DNA of 64,000 nt. Source: Lepidodermella squamata. Its lineage: Eukaryota; Animalia; Gastrotricha. Shown here piece by piece: positions 22,660-33,729 of the stretch (the stretch's first letter is position 1; every line of letters starts with the position of its first letter). The stretch is from assembly GCA_047495785.1 (NCBI GenBank), contig JBLDXI010000058.1:310001-374000 (forward strand). Direction: 5' to 3'. The translations under genes were made by a program, and so were the position numbers. The notes beneath the pieces are model-generated. The model searched no databases. It saw nothing but the letters and a program-made list of their open reading frames with translations, and was not told the origin of the DNA.

Positions 22660-24094
22660 TCAAATTGCACAGCCTCTTAGATTTTGAAAAATAAACCACG
22701 GCCGCGAGACAGGCCGGTTCGCTAATTTACGGCCCCTGTGACATTGGTCATCCGGAAATGACTCATATTCAATCAATTTCCAACACTCGCCTAGTAGCTG
22801 ATAACGCTTTGGTCCGTAAAATCGATGTAAATTATGAAGCAGACAGTCGCCGGATGTTGGCTTCGCAATGAACAGGAGGCCGCCAGGTTTAACGATACAG
22901 CTAACCTTAGCCATGGCCATTAAATCACCGTCGGGATTGAGAGGCTCGCCATATCGGCCGAGACCATTTTGAGAAATCGTCGAATAAGTCACTGCAAAGT
23001 CGAATTTACCAATTAAATCCCCATTTGTAAACAAATTAGCCGCTTCATTCGTAGGCATGAAGGCGAGATGAGGATGTTTAGCCGGTAAAAATTCCGAATA
23101 ATTCAACGCATCAATCGACGTCACGTGACCAGCTCCAGATCGTAGAATTTCAAATTCAAGCCACGGATATGACGTCCCGATAACGACTCCATTTTTGTCG
23201 CGAATTAAATCGCCATATTTAGCCAGCAATGCCCGTAAAGGTAGTACGGTTGTCTCGAAATCGACCGGGTAGAAAATATCACGAGCGTGGGAAAAATCGA
23301 GATAACTGCGGTTTGTTAAATTTACGACGTAATTCCATTCGTCCATCACGTTTTGCTTCGTATTCACGGGCTCGTCTTGTGTTAATTGATGTTCGATTAT
23401 TTTATACCAAGATTGGCTGTGGTTAATAAATCGCTCCCGGATATTTTGATGAGACCAGGTGAAGTTGAGACCCCCTGTTGGGGACATCGGTAATTCGTGT
23501 TTTAAGTTTGTAAAACAAATAGGCTGGTCGGTATCAAGTCGCCAGTAATCGGTAAAATTCGATAAATCATATTCGATTAAGCCGTGATTTTTTAGATACC
23601 GGAAAACATGGTAATTTTTCTTCTTCGAATCAAGTTTGTCGACGAGTTCTTCAGGTGAGTTTGCCAGTATCGACTCGTGATTTTCCGCGTCGATTGCGAG
23701 GTAGGGGAAGGTTGAGCTGTAAACGGCCCAAGGTTCAAACCAGCTTGAAACTCGACTGGCTGATGATTGATCGATGTTGTTCGACCATAGACGAGATTCG
23801 ATAATTGGGCAATACGTCATTGTTTGAGCTTCGCGTGGCAAATTTTGCTCGCAACGAACGCAAAATGCCGGCAATTTGCTGCTGGAAAAATCATTTTTTT
23901 GTAGTCCAAAACAATTTTTAAATGGCAATTAAAATTATTCACCTAATTCGCAACAGGGCTGTTTTATTGACTGACCGTTTAACCGAAGCATTTGACGATT
24001 TTTGGTGAAAAGTGAAATAAAATAAACAACCGATAACTACTACAACGAGAAATCCCGTAAATTTTGAACGATCACAGGCAACCATTTCTACCAT
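22660..24094 (-). CDS. DUF268-like (putative SAM-methyltransferase fold) type II membrane protein, 2 exons
   Basis: FDFAVTYSTISQNGLGRYGEPLNPDGDL...KPGGLLF...HRFYG matches the DUF268 signature. The upstream exon (ATG 24094) encodes a TM anchor FLVVVVIGCLFYF and is spliced AG|gtgaat...ccag. Confidence 0.8.
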
Positions 24095-24294
24095 AAGCAA
24101 GTTGCTGACAAAAATAATTCAAAGTTTTGAATAGTTGCTCGTAATTTGGCACGCGATTCTAAATCAAGCGCCTTCCGTCAGCTCGTCAGCTCGCCATTCA
24201 TATTGACACCTTTTTCCAGCTGAAATTGTACGCTGGAAACGAACAAAATCAAGTTCGATATTCTGAATCGCGCAAAAATATTAGGGCAAAATTT

Positions 24295-24342
24295 CCCCGA
24301 TTATTGGCCGATTATTCCGATTATCCCCCGATTATTGGCCGA
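24295..24342. repeat. Short tandem repeat (ccgattat-based)
   Basis: ccccgattattggccgattattccgattatcccccgattattggccga. Confidence 0.6.
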
Positions 24343-24357
24343 AAAAGCCGCATAAAT

Positions 24358-24441
24358 TTAATGAGGAGTTTCAAGAAATCGAGGAGTTTCTTCGGCAAAA
24401 GAATGCTTGAAATTCTTCAACTTCTTAAAACTCCTCATTAA
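24358..24441. repeat. 20-bp inverted repeat with TTAA ends
   Basis: ttaatgaggagtttcaagaa ... ttcttaaaactcctcattaa (19/20 complementary). Confidence 0.65.
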
Positions 24442-24947
24442 TTAAATTGATGCGCATCGAATTTCCGTTCGGCGGCTTTTTTGGCCACCCTGTAGCACAA
24501 GGACATTTTTTATCGCGGTTAAAATCGACAGCAAATTATTCGAATAGAATTGTCTCTCTGCTCGCCTCATTTTTGCTTGCTCCTGTGTTTTTATTTTATT
24601 ATCAAAATTTAGTGAATTTCTATTTTCATCTACCTATATGTTTTTGGCTGATTAAAATTAGACACCCAAACGAATTCGGTTCCACTTTGATTTTTGCGTC
24701 AAATAAATCAAAACAAATAGGTTTCCCTGAAATTGCTTCTCGGACTATTTTAGCCCTTTTTATTTTATCTAATAAACATGACCTAGGTCAAAGACGGTTT
24801 ATGCACCCTCTCTGCATAGATAAAGCAGCACGTGTTCCAGCATAATAATACACACACTTACAACAGCAAAACAAGCTCGTATCAGCTCATATGCGGTTTT
24901 CATAGGATTTTTATGAGGAATAACTCCGAATTTTTTGAAATTTTAGA

Positions 24948-25889
24948 ATGACGTTTTTTGCTGAAATCGGCGTAGCGGTCACGGCTTATTTCTCCCTGCG
25001 AGGTGCTTATCGAGTGGCTAAATTTTACCAAGCTCATTTCACCCGTAGTAAAATCGACTTTTCAAAACTTCAAACCGCTGTTATAACAGGCCCAACTGAC
25101 GGCATTGGCAAGGCTTATGCTTTCGAACTGGCTCGACTTGGCCTGAAACAGCTTGTTTTAATCGGTCGAAGCCCCGAGAAGCTAGCATCGACATCGGCTG
25201 CGATCGCTGCGAAATACCCAAAGGTCCAGATTCGAACAATTCAAGCTGATTTTCAAGAAATCGACATCTACCCGAAAATCGAGGAGCAACTCAGCGATCT
25301 ACGCGATATCGACGTGCTGGTTAACAACGTTGGCGCGAATATCAATGTTCAAAGACTAGTCCATGACACTTCGAGAACGAATCTATTCAAAATGATTAAT
25401 ATCAACATTGTGTCTACGGTGATGATGAGTCAGATGATTTTGAAGAAAATGGTTGAAAATCAACGACGGGGTGTTGTTATCAGCATGTCGTCATGCGCTG
25501 CTAATTTCCCGGCTACTGCACCCGTATACACGGCGGCTAAAAAGTTTGTTACGAGGTTTAGCGAAGGTCTTGGGATTCAGTATGACAATCAAAAGTTCGG
25601 CATAACGGTTCAAGTTGTCGAGCCTCAAGTCGTTCGCACGAAGATGTCGAGGTACCTCACAGGGCCGTTTGCGATGGAACCGGATGCCTACGCTAGGGAG
25701 GCCTTGGCAACAGTTGGCCATTACGACCGAACTGCGGGTGGGACGAGGCATGATTTCCAGGAGTTTTTGCAATCTCTACTGCCGCGGCAAGCGGTGATCT
25801 TTTACATGAAAATATTTCAGCGGGAAATCTCGAAAGCTGCAGCTGAGCAAGGTAACAATTCCAATCTGCTGAGTAATAAAACTGGCTGA
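24948..25889 (+). CDS. Short-chain dehydrogenase, HSD17B12/very-long-chain 3-oxoacyl-CoA reductase-like
   Basis: TGPTDGIGKAYAFELA, LVNNVG and catalytic YTAAK. Intronless CDS. Confidence 0.88.
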   Translation: MTFFAEIGVAVTAYFSLRGAYRVAKFYQAHFTRSKIDFSKLQTAVITGPTDGIGKAYAFELARLGLKQLVLIGRSPEKLASTSAAIAAKYPKVQIRTIQADFQEIDIYPKIEEQLSDLRDIDVLVNNVGANINVQRLVHDTSRTNLFKMININIVSTVMMSQMILKKMVENQRRGVVISMSSCAANFPATAPVYTAAKKFVTRFSEGLGIQYDNQKFGITVQVVEPQVVRTKMSRYLTGPFAMEPDAYAREALATVGHYDRTAGGTRHDFQEFLQSLLPRQAVIFYMKIFQREISKAAAEQGNNSNLLSNKTG

Positions 25890-26109
25890 TAAATGATTTT
25901 TTTTGTACAATAAAACCTCCTTTTACCTGTAACAACATGGTCTTGTTTTCGGAAAATTCGTGTTTTTTACTTGTTTATCAAGTTTCAAGGTGAATGAACG
26001 CACTTGCACTAAGAATAGCTTATTATAGAAATACAGTATGTCCCATAAGTAACACAAGCAAAGAAAATACGCTGAAAAGGGTTCAGCAACTCTAAAATGA
26101 GAAGTCCTA

Positions 26110-26608
26110 GGGTGTATTTCACCGCCTTGAAAATATATACATTTTCATTGTGAAATTCCATTTTTATTTAATTTAGGAGCGTATCGGGGTCGAAAAACTA
26201 GAGCCAAAAGCATCATATTTTCAGGATCTTTGTTGTTCTCGGACGCAGGGATTAGAATATTCGTCCGAAAATTCATTTTTTGCCCGTGTCGCCATCCACC
26301 CCCGACACGTTCGGAGAGGCTGCAAAAATGGTATGGCACCGCGTGCATCGCTACTTAATCCACATGTCCGTCTCTTTTGGGCACCATCCACCCGCAAGAC
26401 AACCCAGAAGCCGCCCTGAGCGCGGCTTAAAAATGCGTCAGATGTGCATCGAAGCGCATCAACAGAGAAATTGGGGGCTGCCTAATACCGGGTGGTGCCC
26501 GTTTGGCAAGAATTAAGACGCGAAAAAACAGCTTGGCAGAATTTAAACAAGTGTGTCGATCGTATTTCACCATTTTTTATATAATTTTTAAGGCGGTGAA
26601 ATACACCC
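26110..26608. mobile_element. MITE, PIF/Harbinger-like
   Basis: Perfect 19-bp TIR gggtgtatttcaccgcctt and 3-bp TSD CTA (26107-09, 26609-11). 499 bp, no transposase. Confidence 0.82.
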
Positions 26609-27866
26609 CTATCTCATGGCCAGAAAAATGTTGGAAAATTTCAAAAAATCCCGAGAATATTAATCAAGTATGTCACTTGTTAATCGGATTAAACAAGTCC
26701 GGAGAGATTTGGTCCAACCAGGTAAAATACCGAAAAGTACCGAACCAGTTAGCATTGAGGTTTTCCGGGTTTTCCTCCGGGTAAATTTGTTCATTTCTTC
26801 GGTAAAATCGCCGATAAAGGAATTCTATCGTTATGTTTAATTCGAAAAAATTCATTGAATTTCATACAAAAAGTTGCCAAATTAAAAAATGGTTGCGCAA
26901 CTTCTGGGGCACCCGGTATACCTTTTCAAAGTTCACTTTTCAGTGAATTAGAAATTAATTGAAAAAATTATATTATTAATAAATTAACTAAAAATGTAAT
27001 AGTTAAAAATTGACATGTTTAGGGTTCGAAATCTAACAGATTATAAAACTGATTCTTAAATCTAAATTCTTTTCTTGGTCTTGGAATCTAAGTCCTGCCT
27101 CGAGCAAGACATAGATTTTATTTGATTTGTGGTATTTTTCGTCGATTTCAAGCTATTTTGAGCCAAATTTATTAGAATAATGTCACGAATGAGGTCAAAA
27201 AGTGAAAAGCAGGAGAATCAATTTTCGCTCGGTTTTTATTTAAAATTTGCCCCATAGTAAATTTTCAAATTAAGTTTGGCCGAAAACAGCGAATATTTAA
27301 TAATTTTGGGTAAATTATAATAAATTCAGACGAATAATACATTTTTTGCTTCGATCACATCCCCCCTAGGCATGGACAGCAATTGATTAATTTTTTAATT
27401 AATTTATGGAATTTTGAGGCTTTCCGAAATTTGACAAGATGACATTTTCTTTCGAACTCATCACATGTGGAAAAGCGTAGGTTCAAATTGTGTTTCATGT
27501 ATTCAATTCGCAGCAAAAAATACAATCACTTGGAAAATGTGACGAGAAATTTTAAAAGCCAAGAGTTTACGGAATTTTCCCGTCAAAAATCAGACCAGCT
27601 TAAAGGTTCCATAAAATCGCCGCAATTTGCAGATCAATCAGAATTCCGGAATCATCCTCCAATTGTGCTCCGAAATATCAAACTTTTGAGCTTCAAGCTG
27701 ACAAATTTCAGGACTGAAATCCATACTAGGGTAACATAGATAACTTATTTATTGATTAAAGTTCGACATGCCTGAGATAGTTTTATTGGGATATAATTTC
27801 ACGAGGTTAAAACCAACTCGTCTGCTGCGTTCAAAGGTCAGAAAGGTCAGTTCAAAGGTTCATCTT

Positions 27867-28283
27867 TTAAAGGTCAGCGCAAGTGACGAGAAATAGATCG
27901 ATCGAAAGCCGATGTTCAACAACTTCTTTGATCAGACGATTGCAGCGATTTAGGCGCCGTTGTCGTGACGAATTACCTGAAATTGTGTACGATCTCTCCA
28001 CGAACCGCTTGATCAAAAACGAACGTAGCAAACATGCAGCCAGCCAGTCATCAATAGCATCGGAATGATTCGAGCATACTTGGCTCAGAAGACTTCGAGC
28101 ATAGAGCAGCAGCCGAGCGGTTACTTTCGCGAGCTTTTGTTCTGTAATAGTCGCTCTTGTACCTTCAATCAGGCCATCCGTAACCTTGGCTCCGCCTTCC
28201 GCTGCGTCTTGCGAAGATAAACAGTAGCCGAGATTCATTGCTTGGAGCAATACCAAACATGGTAATGCGAATATCATCTCCAT
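27867..28283 (-). CDS. Secreted family A copy A2
   Basis: Signal peptide, C-x13-CLLRSFLIKRF, RQRR and C-x20-C-ADL*. Confidence 0.8.
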   Translation of the reverse strand: MEMIFALPCLVLLQAMNLGYCLSSQDAAEGGAKVTDGLIEGTRATITEQKLAKVTARLLLYARSLLSQVCSNHSDAIDDWLAACLLRSFLIKRFVERSYTISGNSSRQRRLNRCNRLIKEVVEHRLSIDLFLVTCADL

Positions 28284-28593
28284 GCTGTAGAATTTTTATA
28301 AACTAGCAATGCTTACACCTGGGCTGAGCTATCCACCTATCGAGGTGAGTAATATGACAAGGTGAATCAATTTTAAGCCCGCAGACACATACACTGACTT
28401 CTGAAAGACAATTCCTCATACTGAAAAGAGGTACAATGTTATACGTATATACGTAGAGGTACGTCCTATACATGTTCCTAGAAAAACTAAAAAAACAGTA
28501 TAATTTATAGGAATTACAATTATAAATAAATTAACGACACTAGAAAAAATCACGGTATAGTAATGCTACACGGTAATTTTTGGAGACAATTGA

Positions 28594-29190
28594 TCAGCAT
28601 TTTATTTCAATCACTGGGGGCATTTTAAAGACTAGATTTTCAGTATTTCTCGACGCTTGGAAGATCCAGCGTCTTAATTTGAGTCTTGAACAGCTAGAGC
28701 TAACTTTAATAGTCAAATAAATCACTAAGGTGAATATCAAAAATAGCCCGAAAGAACAGAGTATTGAGTTCAAAATTACAGCCCATTTGGATTTCACGTA
28801 ATCACTCGAAATTATCCACCATGTCAGAATGCCGGCTAGCAGGACGATAGAAATCACTAGGCAGGCGAAGAACTTGCAAAATGACCACTTAAGAGTTACA
28901 TCAGGAAGGCGCCACAGCCAGAATGGTTTGACGGATGTAGATTCGATGGCATAGGGCTGTTCGCAAATTTCGCAACAAGGCTGGCCAGCGAAGTTGAACC
29001 GGGCTGTCTGAGATGAAATCGAGGAGTCGAGACATTTCTTGTGCACGTAAGCCAGAGACCCACGGCATGCGCAGAATTCTGTGAAAAGAGCCGGCGGGTT
29101 GTCCAATGCATCTTCAGCCAGGCTTCCGAGACATATTCGGCATTGGATATAGGGTATCTGCAGTGAACTTTTGGAAGCTGAGCTTTGCAT
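28594..29190 (-). CDS. MARCH-like RING-CH membrane E3 ligase M3
   Basis: CRIC...FCACRGSLAYVHKKCL...CEIC and two TM helices. Ends with FKMPPVI. Confidence 0.85.
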   Translation of the reverse strand: MQSSASKSSLQIPYIQCRICLGSLAEDALDNPPALFTEFCACRGSLAYVHKKCLDSSISSQTARFNFAGQPCCEICEQPYAIESTSVKPFWLWRLPDVTLKWSFCKFFACLVISIVLLAGILTWWIISSDYVKSKWAVILNSILCSFGLFLIFTLVIYLTIKVSSSCSRLKLRRWIFQASRNTENLVFKMPPVIEIKC

Positions 29191-29448
29191 AGATTGTCAA
29201 TGGCTAGGTGGTAGTGGAATGGGAATACTATCGAGTGCGTTTCAGGGTTATCATTATAGCTCTACCATATCGTCTAGTGATAACAATGTTGTTACTCCGT
29301 ATTTTGATAGGAATGTCCTATATAGTGTACCCTTAAACTGGTGACCTCTAAATGAGTATGAGTGAGCACATTATTTTTATTTAGTTTAAAGGCTATCAAC
29401 AAAATTGCCTCTTTATAAGAGAAATCCACAAAGAATGAGCTGTTTCCG

Positions 29449-29856
29449 CTAGGCATTAGCACAATGAAGAATGAATCGGTCAAGGGTAATTCGCTGTTCG
29501 ATCACTTCCTTAATGAGATGATAGCAGTGGCTGATGAGACGCCGCCGTCGGTAAGAATAAACCGGGACAATGTGAGTTCGTTTGACAAATCGTTTGATCA
29601 TGTTAGATCGAATCAGGCATCCAGCCTTGTCGTGATCTTCGGAGCAAGCCTCACTCAATATGCCACGGGCATCGATCTGTAGCTGTTTTGTGGCTTTGGA
29701 CAGCTCCAGCTCCGTCTCTTGAATCTCACTCTCGAGGTTGTTGCCGATAGCTGTTAGATCCGAATCGCCATCTTCTACTGGCAGAACATTGGCCATCGTA
29801 GTTTCAAGGCGAAGTACAACGAGCCCAAGAGTTACGATCAAACAGATTGATACCAT
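29449..29856 (-). CDS. Secreted family A copy A3
   Basis: ATG 29856 (MVSICLIVTLGLVVL), C-x8-CLIRSNMIKRF, SYRRRR and C-x20-C-ANA*. Confidence 0.8.
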   Translation of the reverse strand: MVSICLIVTLGLVVLRLETTMANVLPVEDGDSDLTAIGNNLESEIQETELELSKATKQLQIDARGILSEACSEDHDKAGCLIRSNMIKRFVKRTHIVPVYSYRRRRLISHCYHLIKEVIEQRITLDRFILHCANA

Positions 29857-30483
29857 TTCCAAGTTAGAAATTGATTTGGGATCGAAAATGTAATGCTTAG
29901 ATATCAAGAAACTTCACCATTTTATAGCAACGACTGGCGTAGAGTCTCCTTCCTGTAGTTAATTAAATTGATTTCTTCTATTTTTTAATTGGGTCGGAAT
30001 GGCTTTCAGAACATCTTCATTGACATATCGGCTAACAATCTTCGTCACCCATGCGCTAAATTTCGTTACAGCTAAACACATTTAATTGCGTTATGCTGTC
30101 ATAAACATTCTTGTCCGAGCGAGAAGCAACACTCTAAGCAAAGACTGGCTTGCCATTCATCCGAAACTATGCAAACACTGACAAGCGTTTTAGGACGTCG
30201 AGGGACTTCAAGTAACTTCATTGATGAATGTTTTGAATCCGATGGAATAGCTTGATTAATCACATTATCCCTTCTGTGCCTTGGCGTACTTCACCTGTCA
30301 AGTGTCCAATTAATTTGAACTTTGAGAATTGAAATGATCCTGATGAGACGAGAAGAAATTTCCGTCGTAGACATGTTTATTTCCAAAGCTGTCAGACTGA
30401 ACATTCATAGGAATGTCACGAATGATAAATACAGTTATGAAATACAACATCGAGAACAAGTATAATTGGAGATTCCAATGAGA

Positions 30484-32751
30484 TTATTGTGAACGCAGCA
30501 GATTCCCCGAAACAATAGCGATGATTGCGCAAACTACAGCGAAGCAAATCATTCGACCATCAGGTGATGCTATAATGAAGGAGATCAAAGCAGCTGCAAT
30601 GATCATCACGAGTAGATTGAGTACAGTGACACGTTCGTACCTGAGCTCACGTCGCTTGCGTGTGACGTAGGCGGTAAATATGGACCAAAGCAGCAGAATG
30701 ACGAAGCTAATTAACAGCGCAGATACCCAGTGAACCTGGTTTCTTGACAAGCAACCTCCCGCCTTTGTAACCAAGAATGTGTCACTTGCTGCATCGTAGT
30801 TCTCGGATATTTTGCTCTCTTCGAAGACAGGAATTTCTGAAGTATTCCAAGCGGCCAAATAGATAGACAATATAGCACAGAAAATTAGCATGCAAACGGT
30901 TGTGAATTTGAAATCGGAAGCTTTCAGGCGGTCATTTGTAGTCATAAGAGTAGGGCTTTTAGGAAACCTTGCCTCATAGAAGTTTTTTACACTTTTTGTT
31001 GAGATATCCGTTGATTTGTTACGCTTAATATAATCCGACTGCCGCCTGGCTTTTTCGAGACGTGCAAAACAGTATGCAATAACGATACCGATACCTAATG
31101 TGGGAGCAAGAGTTTGGAGAATACAAAGTGCTGAGGATCCGTCCGGGTATGAAAAAGAAAAGAGCCCAGCCGCGAAGTCGATTAACAAACAACCGACGTA
31201 AAATGTAGAATGACATGGAATAAGCCAGGCGATTTGTTCGCTACTGCTTTTCATTGCCGACTTGACATACAGGTACGTATGCCAAATCGCAATTGCACCA
31301 CTTGTAGACAGTAGGGTCCACGAGAGTTCATTAGGAATACGCTGAGCTACAACTACGACGATTGGGCCATCTCGAGGAGGTTTACCATCAACCGTAAACC
31401 ACGTCGGTTTGCGGTACTCTTTCATCGCATAGCTTGAGAAGTAGTAAATCGATGAGTTAGTCGCTGCACTGATTACCGATAGGTCTCTCAAGCCATTTTG
31501 AGGCGTCCATTGAATGACTCCTTGGGCATCCGAGTCAGGCTCACCTCGTGCAGAGTACTCGAACTTGCCAATTCTCAACCCGAAGAATTTCACGTTGAGA
31601 GTCGATTCATTGACAGCCAGCATAACTTCTTTCGGATTCGTTTCGAAATCTGTCAAAGACATGTTCTTTGCACGTAGCTTTCGCTCGGCAGAGTCGAGGA
31701 CCATAGCAGCTTCAAGCCCTGTGTCATAGCAATGATAACGGCGTATAGCATCAAGCGGGGCCCTGCCGCCAGTCACGTTCTGATACCGAATTTCGAATTC
31801 CTGCAGCGTAGTCCCACTTGAGGTTTTCAGACCTGAGTCTGAACCATATTCATTAGCAGGTCCGTTCGCCCATGAAATCCAAATCGAAGCCTTGAATTGA
31901 TTGAGGAGCATTTCTCGCGTGCAGCCTGGAGCATTTGCGATAACTGGCGGTAGATTTTTCGGTTCCGAGTATGAACCCGTTAGAATTATGAAAGCATAAC
32001 GTGGTCCAGTTAAACCGGCCATGTGGGCCATACAAAGAGCCTTGTTCACAAAAATAGCCGCTCCACTGTCAATGACAAGAATACGGGTATCTGATTGTTT
32101 GATAGCAGCTATTGTTTCGTCTGTTACATCGGTAACAGTGCCAAAATACGATACGTGGAAGCTATTCTCATTCGCGACCTTATATAGAAATGTAGCAAGA
32201 GCCAGATCGAATGCACTGTTAACAGAAGTCAATATCCCGAATCTATTCCATTTGCCAACATCACGGATGAAACGCATCTGAGCATACGCAACGAGTTCTC
32301 CTGTTATTCGAGTTCTGTAAAAGTTCGGGTAGAGGCGTCGATTCGCCGTAGTTTGAGGGTTATTCACCCCTGTAGCGAGTTGGACCATATCCAAGTGATG
32401 AACAGCAGCTGCAAGAGCTGCACCGCCAGTTGCGAAGAGAGGTCCAATGAGGAGAGGCGACTGATATTCGTTGTCGCTGTTGTTCCGGCGAAACTGAATT
32501 GCAGTTCGAGTGGCCAATATTCCGCCCGGCCCTTCATCCGCAAAACTTGCTTTGATCTGAAAACCCAGCAAAATATCCTTATTTTCGTTTACAGTATCGA
32601 ACGCCACTTGAACTGCGTATCGACATCCATCTCCGTTCTGAGGCTCATTGCCCGTCTGAGGTATCAGGACCAGTACAGAAAGGGTGTTCCGCTCTGCAGC
32701 CTGGATAATTGGAAAGCTGCTGATTGCCAACAGAAAGAATAGTACAATCAT
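30484..32751 (-). CDS. GABA-B-like class C GPCR G5
   Basis: Signal peptide MIVLFFLLAISS, VFT nearly identical to G1 and 7 TM. Ends LLRSQ*. Intronless. Confidence 0.88.
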   Translation of the reverse strand: MIVLFFLLAISSFPIIQAAERNTLSVLVLIPQTGNEPQNGDGCRYAVQVAFDTVNENKDILLGFQIKASFADEGPGGILATRTAIQFRRNNSDNEYQSPLLIGPLFATGGAALAAAVHHLDMVQLATGVNNPQTTANRRLYPNFYRTRITGELVAYAQMRFIRDVGKWNRFGILTSVNSAFDLALATFLYKVANENSFHVSYFGTVTDVTDETIAAIKQSDTRILVIDSGAAIFVNKALCMAHMAGLTGPRYAFIILTGSYSEPKNLPPVIANAPGCTREMLLNQFKASIWISWANGPANEYGSDSGLKTSSGTTLQEFEIRYQNVTGGRAPLDAIRRYHCYDTGLEAAMVLDSAERKLRAKNMSLTDFETNPKEVMLAVNESTLNVKFFGLRIGKFEYSARGEPDSDAQGVIQWTPQNGLRDLSVISAATNSSIYYFSSYAMKEYRKPTWFTVDGKPPRDGPIVVVVAQRIPNELSWTLLSTSGAIAIWHTYLYVKSAMKSSSEQIAWLIPCHSTFYVGCLLIDFAAGLFSFSYPDGSSALCILQTLAPTLGIGIVIAYCFARLEKARRQSDYIKRNKSTDISTKSVKNFYEARFPKSPTLMTTNDRLKASDFKFTTVCMLIFCAILSIYLAAWNTSEIPVFEESKISENYDAASDTFLVTKAGGCLSRNQVHWVSALLISFVILLLWSIFTAYVTRKRRELRYERVTVLNLLVMIIAAALISFIIASPDGRMICFAVVCAIIAIVSGNLLRSQ

Positions 32752-33729
32752 TTTCAAAAATCGACTATAGAAATATTAGATAACGTTTGTCAAATGAAGA
32801 GCGCACACTCGAAAAACGCTTTCATCGCATTTTAATAGCTCACGTTGAAGAGAAGCACGTTCTAATACAGCTTATTTAGCTACTCTGCCCAGAACTTTCG
32901 AAGTCTGGCTAATTTGTAGGTTTTGGCGTAGATAATTATCGACGGCAAGCGAAGATGATTATACTCGTGCGCAGAGATTATAGATTATATTAAAACACGG
33001 ACTCAGAACTGAGGAGCGTCGCATTTTTTTAGCCTTGGAAAAATTAGTGCCATGCTCCAGTAGGGCTGAAGCTGGTGTCTTTTATTCTAAATATCAGCTA
33101 TTCAAAATATGTCGAAAATTCTTAACGTTCGTCTAAAAACCACCGCGGAAGAAATATTTTGACCATTTTTGACAGGTTTGTTTTGCATGCCCGCCGACGT
33201 TTCCTGCCTGAGTTCGCTTTGCCTCACGAAATTGGTACTTATCCGCTCAATTTTTTACCTGAAGTACGCGTCTCGAATGCTGACCAGGAAGAAAAGTAAA
33301 TGCAATCCATGCTCGTCTTTCAGTTAGTCTCGGCGGAGAAGTTTCCTTTTCCTTGACGCTGGAAATTTGAACTAGAGAATACATCAAATCTCTTGTTTGC
33401 TCTGAGGTACTCAACCCTCATCAATGCAAAAATCATATGCGAAAGCAAAACTGTCACTCGGAAGTTTTCAGTCTGCTTAGTTTTGGCGCAGCCTTTGGCA
33501 AGAAACCTTCCTCTCAAAACCCAAACAACGCCTACTCAAGTATTGAATGCACTGTAAAGAAATCAGAAGCCGCCCGATGAAGACGCGGGTTATTCATTAA
33601 ATACGCGGTTTCTTGTCCCTTCCTTGCACAAGAGTTTTACATGCCTGGCATTTTATTGATGAATACAATGTAGCATGCTAAATCTACGGAAAAATCAACC
33701 AGCTCTGCCGATTCTTTGGTTTCAATGTG

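Noticed and set aside
24483-26920. Tc1/mariner-like ends (ggccaccctgta at ~24483; ggggcacccggtata at ~26906)
   Set aside because: No matching opposite TIR was found, so these are at most remnants.
30341-30400. Hammerhead-like CTGATGA-gacg...cgtc
   Set aside because: It is followed by GTAG instead of GAAA, and stem I does not pair. A similar motif at ~29531 lies antisense within a CDS and also lacks GAAA.
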